From the NCBI GenBank assembly GCA_017654855.1, contig CM030337.1, positions 2,790,001 to 2,854,000 on the forward strand: a stretch of DNA of 64,000 nt, read 5' to 3'. Shown here in pieces: positions 12,701 to 23,320 of the stretch. The position numbers were made by a program, and so were the translations under genes. Each line of letters starts with the position of its first letter. Position 1 is the stretch's first letter. The notes beneath the pieces are model-generated. The model did no database searches. It saw only the letters and a program-made list of their open reading frames with translations, and was not told the DNA's origin. This stretch comes from Podospora anserina. Taxonomy: Eukaryota.

Positions 12701-13460
12701 GGAACCTGACAGGTTACTGGAACGAGAACAGATCTTTCACCATATCAAATCACTCCCCGGAGCGTTTCCGGGTACTGTCGCCATTGGGTCTCAGGTGACA
12801 AAGCCTCACTTTCTCCAGGAGTGTGCAACCGCCAACTGGATTCATTATCACGGCCATGCTCGCTATAGTAACCAGGACATCCTAAAGTCATCCCTGGTGC
12901 TCAGCGATGGAACAGACAGCCTCAGCCACGATAACAATACCGGAAATAGGGATGGAGATCTGACAGTCGACGCCGAGGCAGACCTTCTCGAGACGGTTGA
13001 AGCGGAATACGATGATGACAACAATGATGAGGACGCTGCTGACAATAGCGAAGGAATAGACGAGCTCCTCGTCTCGGAGTTGTTCGAAGCCACACTCCCC
13101 CGAGGTGGCGTCCACTTCACCATCATTGCCTGTGACTCTGGCACGCAGGACATTGCACCCGGTGATGAACCGCTGGGAATTATACCGGCGCTGCTCTATG
13201 CGGGCGCCACGTCTGTGCTGGGTTGTCAGTGGCCTATCGACAGTCGGGCGGGGAGAGCTTTCAGTGAGGCGTTTTATCAGGAGGTCGCGAGCAGACAGAC
13301 TGGCGGAGCTGTCAACTTGGCCAGTGCTCTGAGGTCTACGGTGATGAGAATGAGAAAGGGGGAGTTGGGAGCAGAGTTTAAACAGGCGTATTACTGGGCG
13401 CCGTTTGTGCTTCATGGCCTGTGGCTTTTTCCAGCGGGTTATCAAGCTCCTCCGCAATAA
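9732..13460 (+). CDS. TPR-like helical repeat + C-terminal CHAT (caspase HetF-associated) cysteine protease
   Basis: 1242-aa ORF with a probable in-frame intron at 10149-10199. CHAT motifs SPSGPLNSIPLHAL, WIHYHGHA (His), IIACDSG (Cys), LLYAGATSVLGCQWPI and YYWAPFVLHG. Confidence 0.92.
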   Translation: MEQHIEETKATIRGHRSRGTFAEGHEFIRALPEEIRSLPSVTIEIAQLYLVQGRYTLAAKTCEDQPSASGEERAVLDLLQAFIGIGRYSKLRTALRIAQEIGEAWHLTGRDEESELSQQLQAVTIKDSEGEASPLTENRVGTIPLAILCSYLTSCQVLMVHWYWKIQVVAGEQGLLHDKQTKTAAVAGLAPVLRQVLSEGRFREARFLIYSKAHLLEDTDQAIEELCDFLEYLTDPAFIIERAFTLVDLAGLQLKSDSEAVLAQAAENFKLAKDIFTQRGHTFGNIDIDLLQISADKTISAGERFLAKTKIADRYFEVHQYQNGIRCLAVAISPDMIVDTYYEDVVRSLELLDRMINECGSEILKQISLLHSVCQASLKAPEYGFALQSLESYFCNVPEEISPKFHSYMGVILGSVYSKFGETEKAVRVTRQALEISMSCASYVDQSDAATQVGHHMLSLAREHPEGSEEFMEMTSSAVDFLKEWANKDAEHGHADGEALKCLFIAEWDSDGQRWMERVKKHIPDSADALARIPVVDLELRLLMRQGRFSDGLALSTQLVEQLQRLTDVPPFKKAQTLLNACIQAFVCVQSTFRQDKALALEESQSAVKLLWAALQHSYDALQLYRQANGVELVVDCTLFVWEIINLAVLTMSDDGRHGLLTAFMGDMRQTERLCDSMRQSVLSVAGLQSLMHKRFLVSKKASLKLYSVAVELALKLHDPAGAWIWLQKGKARAFADALGADCILPQRLVDQINKDHTAYELLKAEQSILELLQESNVNHVVASRRLTALKKKMEEHPLLVEAAKLRGQLLDLDLGTDELKQALQATGLAADRVKFVDWHVPTLANTSNQNIRLFVRQLDGTTYTQQLPLNIHQVKDWIAKTLTYPEMATPPLARKTGNQLLKKMNGLVEGLLEFTSEGDLLILSPSGPLNSIPLHALEVGKQPLVERNLVVNASSVATLGQCLLRISPAPPTDGQPRQSYGAKYFAVYEEPDRLLEREQIFHHIKSLPGAFPGTVAIGSQVTKPHFLQECATANWIHYHGHARYSNQDILKSSLVLSDGTDSLSHDNNTGNRDGDLTVDAEADLLETVEAEYDDDNNDEDAADNSEGIDELLVSELFEATLPRGGVHFTIIACDSGTQDIAPGDEPLGIIPALLYAGATSVLGCQWPIDSRAGRAFSEAFYQEVASRQTGGAVNLASALRSTVMRMRKGELGAEFKQAYYWAPFVLHGLWLFPAGYQAPPQ

Positions 13461-13739
13461 CGACCACCACGCCACCACCAGCGCCACCACCAGCGCCACC
13501 ACCATCAAAAAATCCAGCGTTGGTTTTGGTTTCTCACCAAGCTCAAGGTTGTGAAGAAAGGGGGCTTTGCTGTGCGCCGAACTCAATACTTTGTGGCGGC
13601 CAATGAAGAGTTGCCTGGTTTAAACTCGGTTTCCTTCCTTTCGCAACACCAAGCTTTGCAAACACTTGTAGTCTGATTCCGCAATAAAATTGTACCATTG
13701 ACAATTCTTGACCACAAAATTCACTTTTTCTTTCCCCGC

Positions 13740-14850
13740 GCAGAAAGATGGTCCGCAGATCTCGTCGTCTTGCAGAGAAAAGCGAACGAGCTTTCCGCTG
13801 GGGATCTCTCCGGTTCGTTACATCTGTCTTGAAGTCGAACTACAAGAGTACACATGCAAGACATGCGAAAGAAGATATCGGTGGGAATTCAACGGCCCCT
13901 GTGTTTGGGACTGTATCGCAACGATCGGGCGAGCTATGGAGACCAGAAGATCTCGGAGGGGTTGGCGCCAGAGCTCAACACATATTCGCCGAGCGATTCC
14001 GCCGTCTGGAACACCTGATACTTGAGCCCTGGCGACCATGGTCGCACGGTGAAATGCGACGGCGGGACGGGTGTATGTGTTCGCCTCAACGCTAGTCAAC
14101 CGTAATTATCGCACACTTCAATATGCCAATATTGTTGCCATAGACCTCATCAGTCATTTTAGGCAACTTCTCCCCCACACCCTAAGGAAGATTTCAGTGT
14201 TTGAAGATTTCAGCGACGATGTCATTCACTATTTGAGGTTGCCTGTTCAGATGGCAACCCCGACGTGGGTGTGGCAGATCCGGAGGGAAGCGAGCATTAG
14301 AAAAGCGTGGACGAGGCCTGAGGCGTAGACAGTCACATTTGGGAGTTGTTGGAGAGGTGTCTGTTTGGAGTCTTCAGTCTTGCTTGTTTGGGGCCTCAGG
14401 GGTCACTCCATCTCAAGAAAATTATTGCCTGATACTTTTGCCCTCGTGAGCAGGTTTCGTCATGGGCTATTGTCATTATTGAGTCACGGGTTCAATAGCG
14501 GGCACCTTGATGGTTTGATGGTGGCAGATACCTGAGGCATCTTGTGGTAGCAGGTTGGGGTTGGTGAGCATCTAGGTCGTCCAAGAGACATGGGTAAAAA
14601 TGGCGAGGGAGGAAGCCATTTCTACGAAGGCCGTGATACTATGTCTGATTAAGGTAGGGAGGACTTTTCTGAGATCTAATTTGGGTATGTGTGGCCTTTG
14701 TTTATGTAGATGTCTGTGGACTTTGTGCTGCCGTCTGATGTATCCAAACATCAAAGGATGATCCTCCCTGACCTCCATACGACTCTCACTTGCTCCCTGC
14801 TCGTCAACAAATGGAATGACGTAGTCGCCTGGGGGCTGACCGATGTCGTT
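13740..14850 (+). pseudogene. Decayed gene fragment resembling fungal DUF6546-type proteins
   Basis: Motif pieces in different frames with stops: VRYICLEVELQEYTCKTC, ELNTYSPSDS, LEHLILEPWRPW, LRKISVFEDF. Family recalled from motifs; boundaries approximate. Confidence 0.45.
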
Positions 14851-15119
14851 CCTGCCTTCGTTGGTAAATACACCCAACACTTTTTATCGTGCCCCAGGCC
14901 ATAATAGCTGGTGGTCAGAGTTTTTTTTTTTGCATCCTCGAGACTCTCGGCCCCTCATATTTCTTCCTCGCCCTTTTCTTCCTCCTCTTTCATCTTTCAC
15001 CCTCCTCTTTTCTCTTTACCTTTTAGCGTCGACCTTTCACCGTTCACCTTTCACCCCTTATCCCACCCACACCTTTCGACTCTTTTTCACCAAAACAACA
15101 TCAAAGAGTCGAAAGAAAC

Positions 15120-16049
15120 ATGGCCTCCATGATGGGAGGTTCTAGCTACAATCTCGTCGACATGGCCGCCACGACGGTCAACGTCAAAGAGGGGCTCATC
15201 GAGACGTCCGTCATGATGGTCAACCCCAAGCACGAGCCCATCGATGTCTCCACTGACGACTTCCTCCTCAACTTCGCCATCACCACTTTCACTTCCGCCA
15301 CGGACCAGGCCCACGACGACCATATGCAAGCCCTCGGCCATCTATTCCTTGAAAAGGCCGGCGCCGCCCGCCTCGAGGCACATCCGCCCTTGGATTTCGC
15401 CACGCATGAGGAGTGCCACAGTACTTCCAAGCTGCTTCTCTCTGGCGGTGCGAACTTTCCCTCTGGCAGTGCGGACCTTTCCTCTGGCAGCGCTGGCTTG
15501 AAAGGAACCGGTCATGATTCACCCATCGATTCAGCCGCCTCGATGACCTCGGACAGTTCACCCAGTTCGACGACGTCCCCTCACAGCTCGCCCAGCCCCA
15601 CGTCCACGGACGACGCCGTGTTTTTTGCCCTCGCGGATGGACACGAGGAAGAAAAGAAGGAACACACCCTGGGAGAGCCAGAAAAGGGCACTCTGGCCTA
15701 GTACGCCTGGGTCAACATTCACGACTACTGCTGGGAAAAGGCCTCGGAGATGGACGACTTGCCCGTCGAGATGACAGAGGACGAGTTCATCGACGAGGGC
15801 GCGAGCTACTACATGGATCTTCCCCTTCAATACGCCGTTGCGAGGGCCTATTCGCGCATCATGCTTGACGGAGAGGATTTCCCGTTGGATGAGTGGTCTC
15901 TTTTTGAACAGGTCCCGGAGCTGATGGATTGGGAGTTTTCTCATGGGACTTGTCATGTCAAGGGCTTGATCGAGTTTTGCTGCGGGCATGTTGCTAGGGC
16001 GTATGAGGATTGGGAGTCGGGGAGGGATGCGGAGGTCACTCTTGTGTGA
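15120..16049 (+). CDS. Hypothetical acidic protein interrupted by one in-frame TAG (15699-15701)
   Basis: ORFs 15120-15701 and 15750-16049 share a frame, with 16 sense codons between the TAG and the next ATG. Coding-like codon usage on both sides. Confidence 0.6.
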
Positions 16050-17565
16050 ATTGACTTTTTTGAGGGGGTGGGTTTGGTGTGTGTAGAGAGGCTTGGAGAT
16101 GTGATGGATTTGGCGGGAGGCACAAACCCACAGGGCCGTTCAGGATGTGTAGCTGTTTGGTCACAGACGGGATCAGAAGGTGTGGAGCCCTTGGGATTGT
16201 GGATTTGCAAAGGATAGCGCTGGAGGTTTCTGTATAATGGGATTTGTTGGTCTGGGTATCAGGTTCGAGTTTGGGGAGGTTGGGGGGTTTGATGTGGGGG
16301 GTTTGGTGGTGATGAACTCTGTGCCTTGGGCATGGGGAATATCTGAGGCGTGGGAGGTTGTTTGTAACTGGGCAAAGTGCATCTCGACGTAATTGTGCAT
16401 GGTACAGCGTAGTCAAAGTCCCTGCCATAGAAGCCGTAACTTGAAGACTGAATCAGCGTTGTCGGGGGCAGATTTATCCCCGAGTGTTTTTTAATGCCTG
16501 GACTGACGTCAGCTTGTGTGTGATGTGTGATGTGAAGAGTGAAAAGGGAGCAGCCCAAAGAAAACACCGTTTGAGGAAGGCGGGAATATGATTTGGTCGA
16601 GCAGCAGAAGGTAAACAAGAGTGAGTTGCAGAGAATGTTAATATTCAATGTTAAAAATAATGTGAAAGGGGAGAGCGTTGTCTCCGTGGTGTTGATGTGC
16701 CAAGCCTGCGGCCCGCTTGCATCATCCCGGGAGGCGGCCCCACCATCCCGATGGCGACCCCGCATGGGGAGGACATCAGCGCCGACGATGTTGAACGGCT
16801 GCTAGTTTATTGGAAATATTGGCCAAGGTAAAAGAAGATATGTATGTAATATAGATTTCTGTCTGGTGCATAGAGAACGGCAAAAGGGACGTCTATGCAC
16901 CCCTCGCACTTCACCAGTTTTCGGAGAGCACCAGCACCGGACAAACGGAACCAAACCCACGCCCTCGGGATCAGATCGCGCGCCTTCGAGACGGATTTGA
17001 GTGTATTTCCTGGGTACCTTAAGCTAGAATGATTTGGACTGAGATCTATTTGTCAATTGCTTTTGATTGCACTGATCGCACTGCCTTGGGTTTAACGACT
17101 TGTCCACGTGCCCGACTGATCCGGCCGGATGACAATGCCGCGGCGGCAGGGCGGGCACCGGGTAGCTAGCGATCGCCGAATACAACCGGCCCTGCTGGGC
17201 TGCTGGGGCTGGATATGTACAGCCCCTCAATTTTGGCTGCTGAGTGTCGCATTTCCTTCAACGCTCGGCCACACGCTCGAATCGATTCTTTTGACAGACA
17301 CGACGTTTCAAAAGCCTACGCGGACGGCGCATACTTGATTAAATATTCACGGAAAGACACACTTTTAGCAATAGATTGTCTCGCGCACCATCCACAACCC
17401 CACACACCCGTTCCCGCCTTGCTCCTCGTCGCAAACCTTGGCTCGGTTCGCTCTCGGTGGCAAACCTGCCAGAGTTACAGATAGGGCGAGCAGTCATACG
17501 ATGCCTCCCACGCCCTGACACGATCTACTATATTTGAAACAGGTCTCGAAATCGGATAGCACAAT

Positions 17566-19357
17566 ATGCGCGCGCCGCTTGTGGCAGGTGTTCCTTGCAA
17601 GAGGGCCCTGACGACGACGTCACTATCACGACCGGTAGTAGTTCGGACGGGAGGAGCAACGTCGCGACGAACGCTTTCTACCAACGCTCGAACCCTCCGA
17701 CCTGCGAACAAGCCGACCGAGCTGTCATGTTTGCGACCTGGGGGGAGGGTGGCCTACCCGGCTGTTTTCAGTGCTGGGCAAAGGAGGCGGAAGGCGTCTG
17801 CTGTTGCGACTGCTGCTACTACTTTTGAGGATGGGGGGGTGCCGGTCGAGGAGGGGATATCCCTAAAAGAACATGGGGAGGTGAAGGAGGTGAGGAATGA
17901 GAAGGATGTTGGGCCTGCGGAGGAGTATGATAGAAGAGTGGAGGAGGGGTTGTTGAGGAATGACGAGCATCAACGAGGTGAGTGATCGTAACGACAAGAA
18001 GGGGAAGAGATGGGTGGCTAACTGTGGTTTGTGTGCAGGAATCATCCAAAGCCTACAGCATCTCCACGAGGAACTGCGACACTACACCGCGCCACCTGTC
18101 GTCCGACCCACACTTGAGAGCCTAAAGCCGCAAAAGAGTTTATTTTCTTGGTTTGGCAAGGACACCAAGCCGACGATTGGGAAGATTCCTAGCAACTTGC
18201 CAAGGGGGTTATACCTCTACGGCGACGTCGGGTGCGGAAAGACAATGATGATGGATCTGTTCTACGACACGCTCCCGCAGTCGGTCAAGTCCAAGACGAG
18301 GATACACTTCCACAATTTCATGCAGGATGTCCACAAGCGGCTTCACAAGATGAAGATGCAGTATGGCAGTGATGTCGACTGCGTCCCGTTTGTCGCGGCC
18401 GAGATTGCAGAGCAGGGGAATGTCTTGTGTTTTGACGAGTTTCAGTGCACCGATGTGGCGGACGCCATGATTTTGAGGAGGCTGCTGGAGGCGTTGATGT
18501 CGCATGGGGTGGTGCTGGTCACGACGAGCAACAGGCATCCGGATGAGCTGTACATGAATGGGATCCAGCGCGAGAGTTTCATACCGGCGATTCATCTGCT
18601 GAAAAACAGGCTGCATGTTATCAATTTGGACTCGACGACGGATTACCGCAAGATTCCGAGGCCACCGTCGGGGGTGTACCACACCCCGCTCGACGCTCAT
18701 GCTGCTTCTCACGCCGAGAAGTGGTTTCGGTTTTTGGGTGATCCCGAGTCGCCGGAGCCGCATCCTGAGGTGCAGAAGGTTTGGGGGAGGGAGATTATCG
18801 TGCCGAGGGTGAGCGGGAGGTGTGCGTGGTTTACGTTTGATGAGTTGATTGGCAAGCCGACCAGCGCGGCGGATTACATCGAGCTCATGCGCTCGTATGA
18901 CGCGTTCATCGTTACGGAGGTTCCCGGGATGACATATCGGCAGCGGGATCTTGCGAGGAGGTTTATCACTTTTATTGATGCCGTGTACGAGTCACATGCG
19001 AAGTTGGTGCTCACCACTGCTGCGCCGTTGAGGGAGCTGTTTGTCTCCAAAGCGGAGATTCGGGAGTCGCTGAAGGCGGCAGGCAGAAGCAGCGAGGTGC
19101 TGGATGATAGTTCGGTGGAGGACGTGATGAGTCACATGATGGATGACCTGGAGCACAACGCCGAGCAGCTGTCAAAGTCGAATCTGTTTACGGGCGATGA
19201 GGAGGCTTTTGCTTTTGCGAGGGCGCTGTCAAGGTTGACGGAGATGGGGAGCAAGATGTGGGTGGAGAGGGGGATGGGGTTGGAGAGTCAGGGGGGGAAG
19301 AAGGAGAGGGATGATTGGGCCAAGACGAGGAGCAGGCAGATGGAGGATAGTATGTAG
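17566..19357 (+). CDS. AFG1: Mitochondrial AFG1/LACE1-family ATPase
   Basis: Arg-rich presequence; intron 17978-18038; GLYLYGDVGCGKT (Walker A), LCFDEFQ (Walker B), TSNRHPDELY, RRFITFIDAVYE. Confidence 0.93.
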
Positions 19358-19568
19358 TTTCCTTTTGTCTGTGTAAAGCGAGCGGCATTGGGTGGGTGGC
19401 AAAGCATTTGCGGCGTTGCAGGATGGACTGGATAGTGGCTACCGAGGTGGTGCTTTTTGAGTATATGTTTTGGATAGTGTCAGAATACATCGTTCTCGTC
19501 CACATACCTCCTTTATCATTTCTCATCTCATGTCCTTCGTCTCATCCATTTATTTCCCTTCCTGTCCT

Positions 19569-20603
19569 CTAATAAATCCCCGGGATCAAAACCCACCCAA
19601 CCCTCTGCTTATGCTGCGTCCAAGCCCCCCCATACCGGTTGCTCATATACTCATCCATCAATCCCACACTCTCCCCCGCAAAGTGACCAGCATGCGCCAA
19701 CCCCATCCCCAGCCCAGCCCACCAACCCCCCGCCGCGATCCCGAAACCCGTCCTCCAGAGGACGTAACCCCCATAATTCGGATGCCTACTCAGACTCCAC
19801 AACCCTCTATCACAAATCTTCCCCTCATTGACTCTAATCTGCTTCCCCCCGACAGCAATCCTCTCCTCCTTAAAAAAGCTCCTCTGCCTCTCCGAAATCG
19901 TCTCGACCGCCAACCCAACCGCAAACATCAGGCTCCCCACCAACACCGGCAACGGCAGCTCGGCCTCCCCCAACAACGGCACCCTCACCCCCTTCAGCAG
20001 AGCCGTGCTCGTCTTGGGCAACAGATACAACAGACTATTCACCGCGTTCGCCGCCGTCTCCAGCAGCGCGACAAAAACCGCCATCCTCGGCGTCATGGGC
20101 TCCCGAGCGATAAACCCCGCCCAGTACGCCTGTTTGAGTCTGCTCAGCCTCCCCATCCAGGATAAAATCTCCCCTGTAGGCGTCTGCCCCAACAACCCAG
20201 GGTTGATGACCGCGACCCCGAGCTTAGGCAGCAGTTTCAACAGCGGGCTTTTGGGCGACAGTAAGTATGACTGCAGGAGTGGTTCGATAGCCCGGAGGCC
20301 GATGAAGGTGAGCGTGCCGGCCGGGTTGCGCGTGTAGTTCCCCCGGGGTATCATGTCCCTCGGCGAGGCCAGGCTCATGGGCGAGGGGTTGTCCAACCCC
20401 AAGTCTTCTCTCGGTTCCCCTTCCGGCTGTGACGACTCCTCGGGGACTACTTTGGACAGGAGCTCAGAAGGCAGAGGTTGGGACGGCAGGGGCGTGTAGA
20501 ACGAGTTTGACGGCGTGGGGACGACAACCGGCTCTTCCTCCTCGTCATAGTCCGAGGACCCGCCCATGATGGCGGTTTCATAGACGGATGCTGTGTCGTC
20601 CAT
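19569..20603 (-). CDS. DUF1295 / steroid 5-alpha-reductase-like membrane protein
   Basis: ETISERQRSFFK..GKICDRGLWSLSRHPNYGG motif, hydrophobic segments and a C-terminal LIPGIY. Confidence 0.8.
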   Translation of the reverse strand: MDDTASVYETAIMGGSSDYDEEEEPVVVPTPSNSFYTPLPSQPLPSELLSKVVPEESSQPEGEPREDLGLDNPSPMSLASPRDMIPRGNYTRNPAGTLTFIGLRAIEPLLQSYLLSPKSPLLKLLPKLGVAVINPGLLGQTPTGEILSWMGRLSRLKQAYWAGFIAREPMTPRMAVFVALLETAANAVNSLLYLLPKTSTALLKGVRVPLLGEAELPLPVLVGSLMFAVGLAVETISERQRSFFKEERIAVGGKQIRVNEGKICDRGLWSLSRHPNYGGYVLWRTGFGIAAGGWWAGLGMGLAHAGHFAGESVGLMDEYMSNRYGGAWTQHKQRVGWVLIPGIY

Positions 20604-21041
20604 TGTTGTTTTGCTGATTGTGTCTTGTCGTCTGGTGTGTGGCGTTTGTGGTAAACGACCAAAAAAAACAAAACAAAAAAACAGAAAAAAGGTAACAAAA
20701 TGAAGGGTAAAAAAAAAGAAATGCGGGGTAGCAAAACTGAGGGGATTGACACCCGAGGTTTATGACTACCTCTCCCCAAACAGTGGAGGGCATGTCGTTG
20801 AGTCGTTTGGCGCAGGTCATGGTGGAGACCGACAGCTCATCATACGTCTTGGCATCGGGTTTCGAGCGCTTCTGTGGAGGCCCAGTGAAGGCCCGATTCA
20901 GGGGAATGTGGTTAACCATGTATTTAAACACTACCGCTCAAAGACTGTAAAAGAAAAAAACAATGTCACTATGCCTTCCCGTATGTACCCTACCCTTGAC
21001 GCCCAATACCCGAACATAACCTCACAGCCTCGGCCCCTCAT

Positions 21042-22380
21042 TTATTTGCCCTTCTCAAGAGCAGGAAAGTCGGCAAACGCCAACTCGTACGCAAACGCCA
21101 GCGTGAGCTTTGCGTGCTGAATCATGTGGTCGAATGACAAGTACTTAATCAGATCATCAGTAGTGTGGATGTGATTGTCCGAGTACTCAAATGCCGACTC
21201 GATAACAAAGGCAGACGGGTACCCAGCCTTGGAGGCAGAAGCGTGGTCCGAGCAAGCATAACCGCACTTGGTCTCAACAAATGGAATGTCACAGTACTAT
21301 TATATTGTCAGTATTGACCAGTCAATAGATCAAAATTATTAAACAAAAAATAATAAAAAATAAAAAGTAAAAAAAAAAAACATACCTCGGTGATAATCTT
21401 CTTGATAAATTCGGTAAGTTTGGGGTCAACAAAGTCGACAATAACGCCCACGCTCTCAGGCAAGCCCGCTTGGATAGTCCTAGTGATGAAACCAGTCATG
21501 TCCTGCTGAAGCATGGCCTTGACATCGCGGCGCTCCTTTTCGTAAGCAGAAAAGATGGCCTGGCTGCCGAGCAGACCGCCCTCCTCGGCGCTGTACCAAT
21601 GGAACTCGAGCGTGTTGGGGTGCTTGCCCTTGACGATGTCTTTGGACTGGAGGATGACCCGAAGGGCCTCAAGAATGGTCACGGTGCCGCTTCCATCATC
21701 ATCCGCCCCGGGAGCCGCCAGGATACTGGGGAGGAAGAGGTTGATGGAATCCTGGTGGGCACCGATAACAACTGTCTGGTTAGTCTTGCCAGGAATGGTG
21801 GCAATGATGCTGTTCTGGCCCCACGGGTGCTTGAAGTGCTTCGCCGTCACATACTTCTCAGCGCCGGCCTCCTTGATCGTCTCTTGAACTTTCCCAAGCA
21901 GCCACTCGCTCGATTGGCGGCCCCAATCTGACTTGTAGTATCGGGTGTGGAACGATGTGAACTTTTCCAAGTTCTCTTCGAGGTGGGATTTCGAGAGGTT
22001 GGTGAACAATGGTTTCACCGCGTCTTGGTATGTGGGCTTCTTTGGGAAGACAGCCTTTTTCTTGGGTGGTCCGACGAGGGTGTTGATGGTGGCGCCGAGG
22101 TCAGGGTGATCGGTAATATCGAAGAAGTTGATACCTTTCTGTTGAGAGAAGTCAACATCAGTAACAGCTTGAGCGAATTGGGACGAAAGAATTGGCTTAC
22201 ACGGCGCAGGGCCCATTTCTCGTCTTCTGTCACCCATCGTGTGTTGCCAGGGGAGATCTCGATGTGATAAGTTGCAGCGGCGGCCTCTTCATGGGTCATG
22301 GGCCGCTGTGTATCGCCAGCGAGGTTGACGTTGCGGGCGCTGACTGCGGGGAGCAGCAGCGCGAGTAATGAAGCCTTCAT
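21042..22380 (-). CDS. LAP1: Secreted leucine aminopeptidase (peptidase M28)
   Basis: Signal peptide; [32 protein letters not shown] and [10 protein letters not shown] motifs; introns near 22144-22201 and 21296-21385. Confidence 0.92.
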
Positions 22381-22672
22381 GGTGATGTGTATTCGATTCA
22401 ATGTTCAACAATAGGGATGTAAACAGGAGGTTGGTGTTGGAGGATGGATGCATTCAGCTGTCGCCTTTACTGGGTGCGATGGGTACCTGGAAGCTCGGGT
22501 TGGTCAGCAGGGGAACCGACCAATCACAACTTCCCTTGCCTGTCACGACACCCTCCCTGTGTCATTAGCCAGCCATGTTGACTAACCTTTTTCCCAAAGT
22601 AAATAAACGGTGAAGCTTCCAGGTTCATGAGGAGGTCCCTTTGGACATCAAGTTGGAGATGATTTGCGTCTC

Positions 22673-22765
22673 CTCCGCTAAATCAACCTTCACTAAATCA
22701 AACCTCCACATAAATCCACCTCCACTAAATCAACCTCCACTAAATCAACCTTCCACTAAATCAAC
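22673..22765. repeat. Imperfect ~15-bp tandem repeat (CTCCACTAAATCAAC) x6
   Basis: Read directly from the sequence; lies between the divergent aminopeptidase and PLD genes. Confidence 0.9.
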
Positions 22766-23320
22766 AGCGCGCAAGCTAGCGATAAGGAACAATGGAGGGA
22801 TTGTCACTGGCATCTGTCCCACAACCATCAGTCGATGATTTCTGGCTTCTGGAGAGATACATGAATCTCAACTGGAATTCCTGAGGCAAGCTGCCAGATG
22901 CATTCCGGCCGCATCCCGGCGCTCCGGTCAACAACACATCGACGACAGCAGCTGACGTCATTTCCAGACATCAAGGTGCCAGCCTCAGCCCTCCTCTTGG
23001 CAAGCCACGCAAGCTTGTGATCACCCCCGCCTGCCCTTGATTTTGGGTCCCTGGCGGACCTGCAGCGCTGTGTCTCGGCGTCGGTTTAGTGGACGGTTGG
23101 GACGGTTCATGACAAGACCTGTCGTCATGAACCACGCGTGAGCTCGGGTTAGGTGTTTCTATCTTCATTTTGGCTTTCTGGACAATAATCCCAGATTTTT
23201 TCCTTCGCTCCAACGATTTGTCGCCACATACATTGTAATATTGTGAGGGTAATCGTTATCTTAAAAGACTGTCCCGTTCAGTGGTTGATCAGCCCCTGAA
23301 ACCCCTGAAAAGCCATCAAC

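Noticed and set aside
22673..22765. Short repeats as a possible CRISPR array (also 41887-42078)
   Set aside because: Eukaryotic DNA, contiguous units without unique spacers, and no cas genes.
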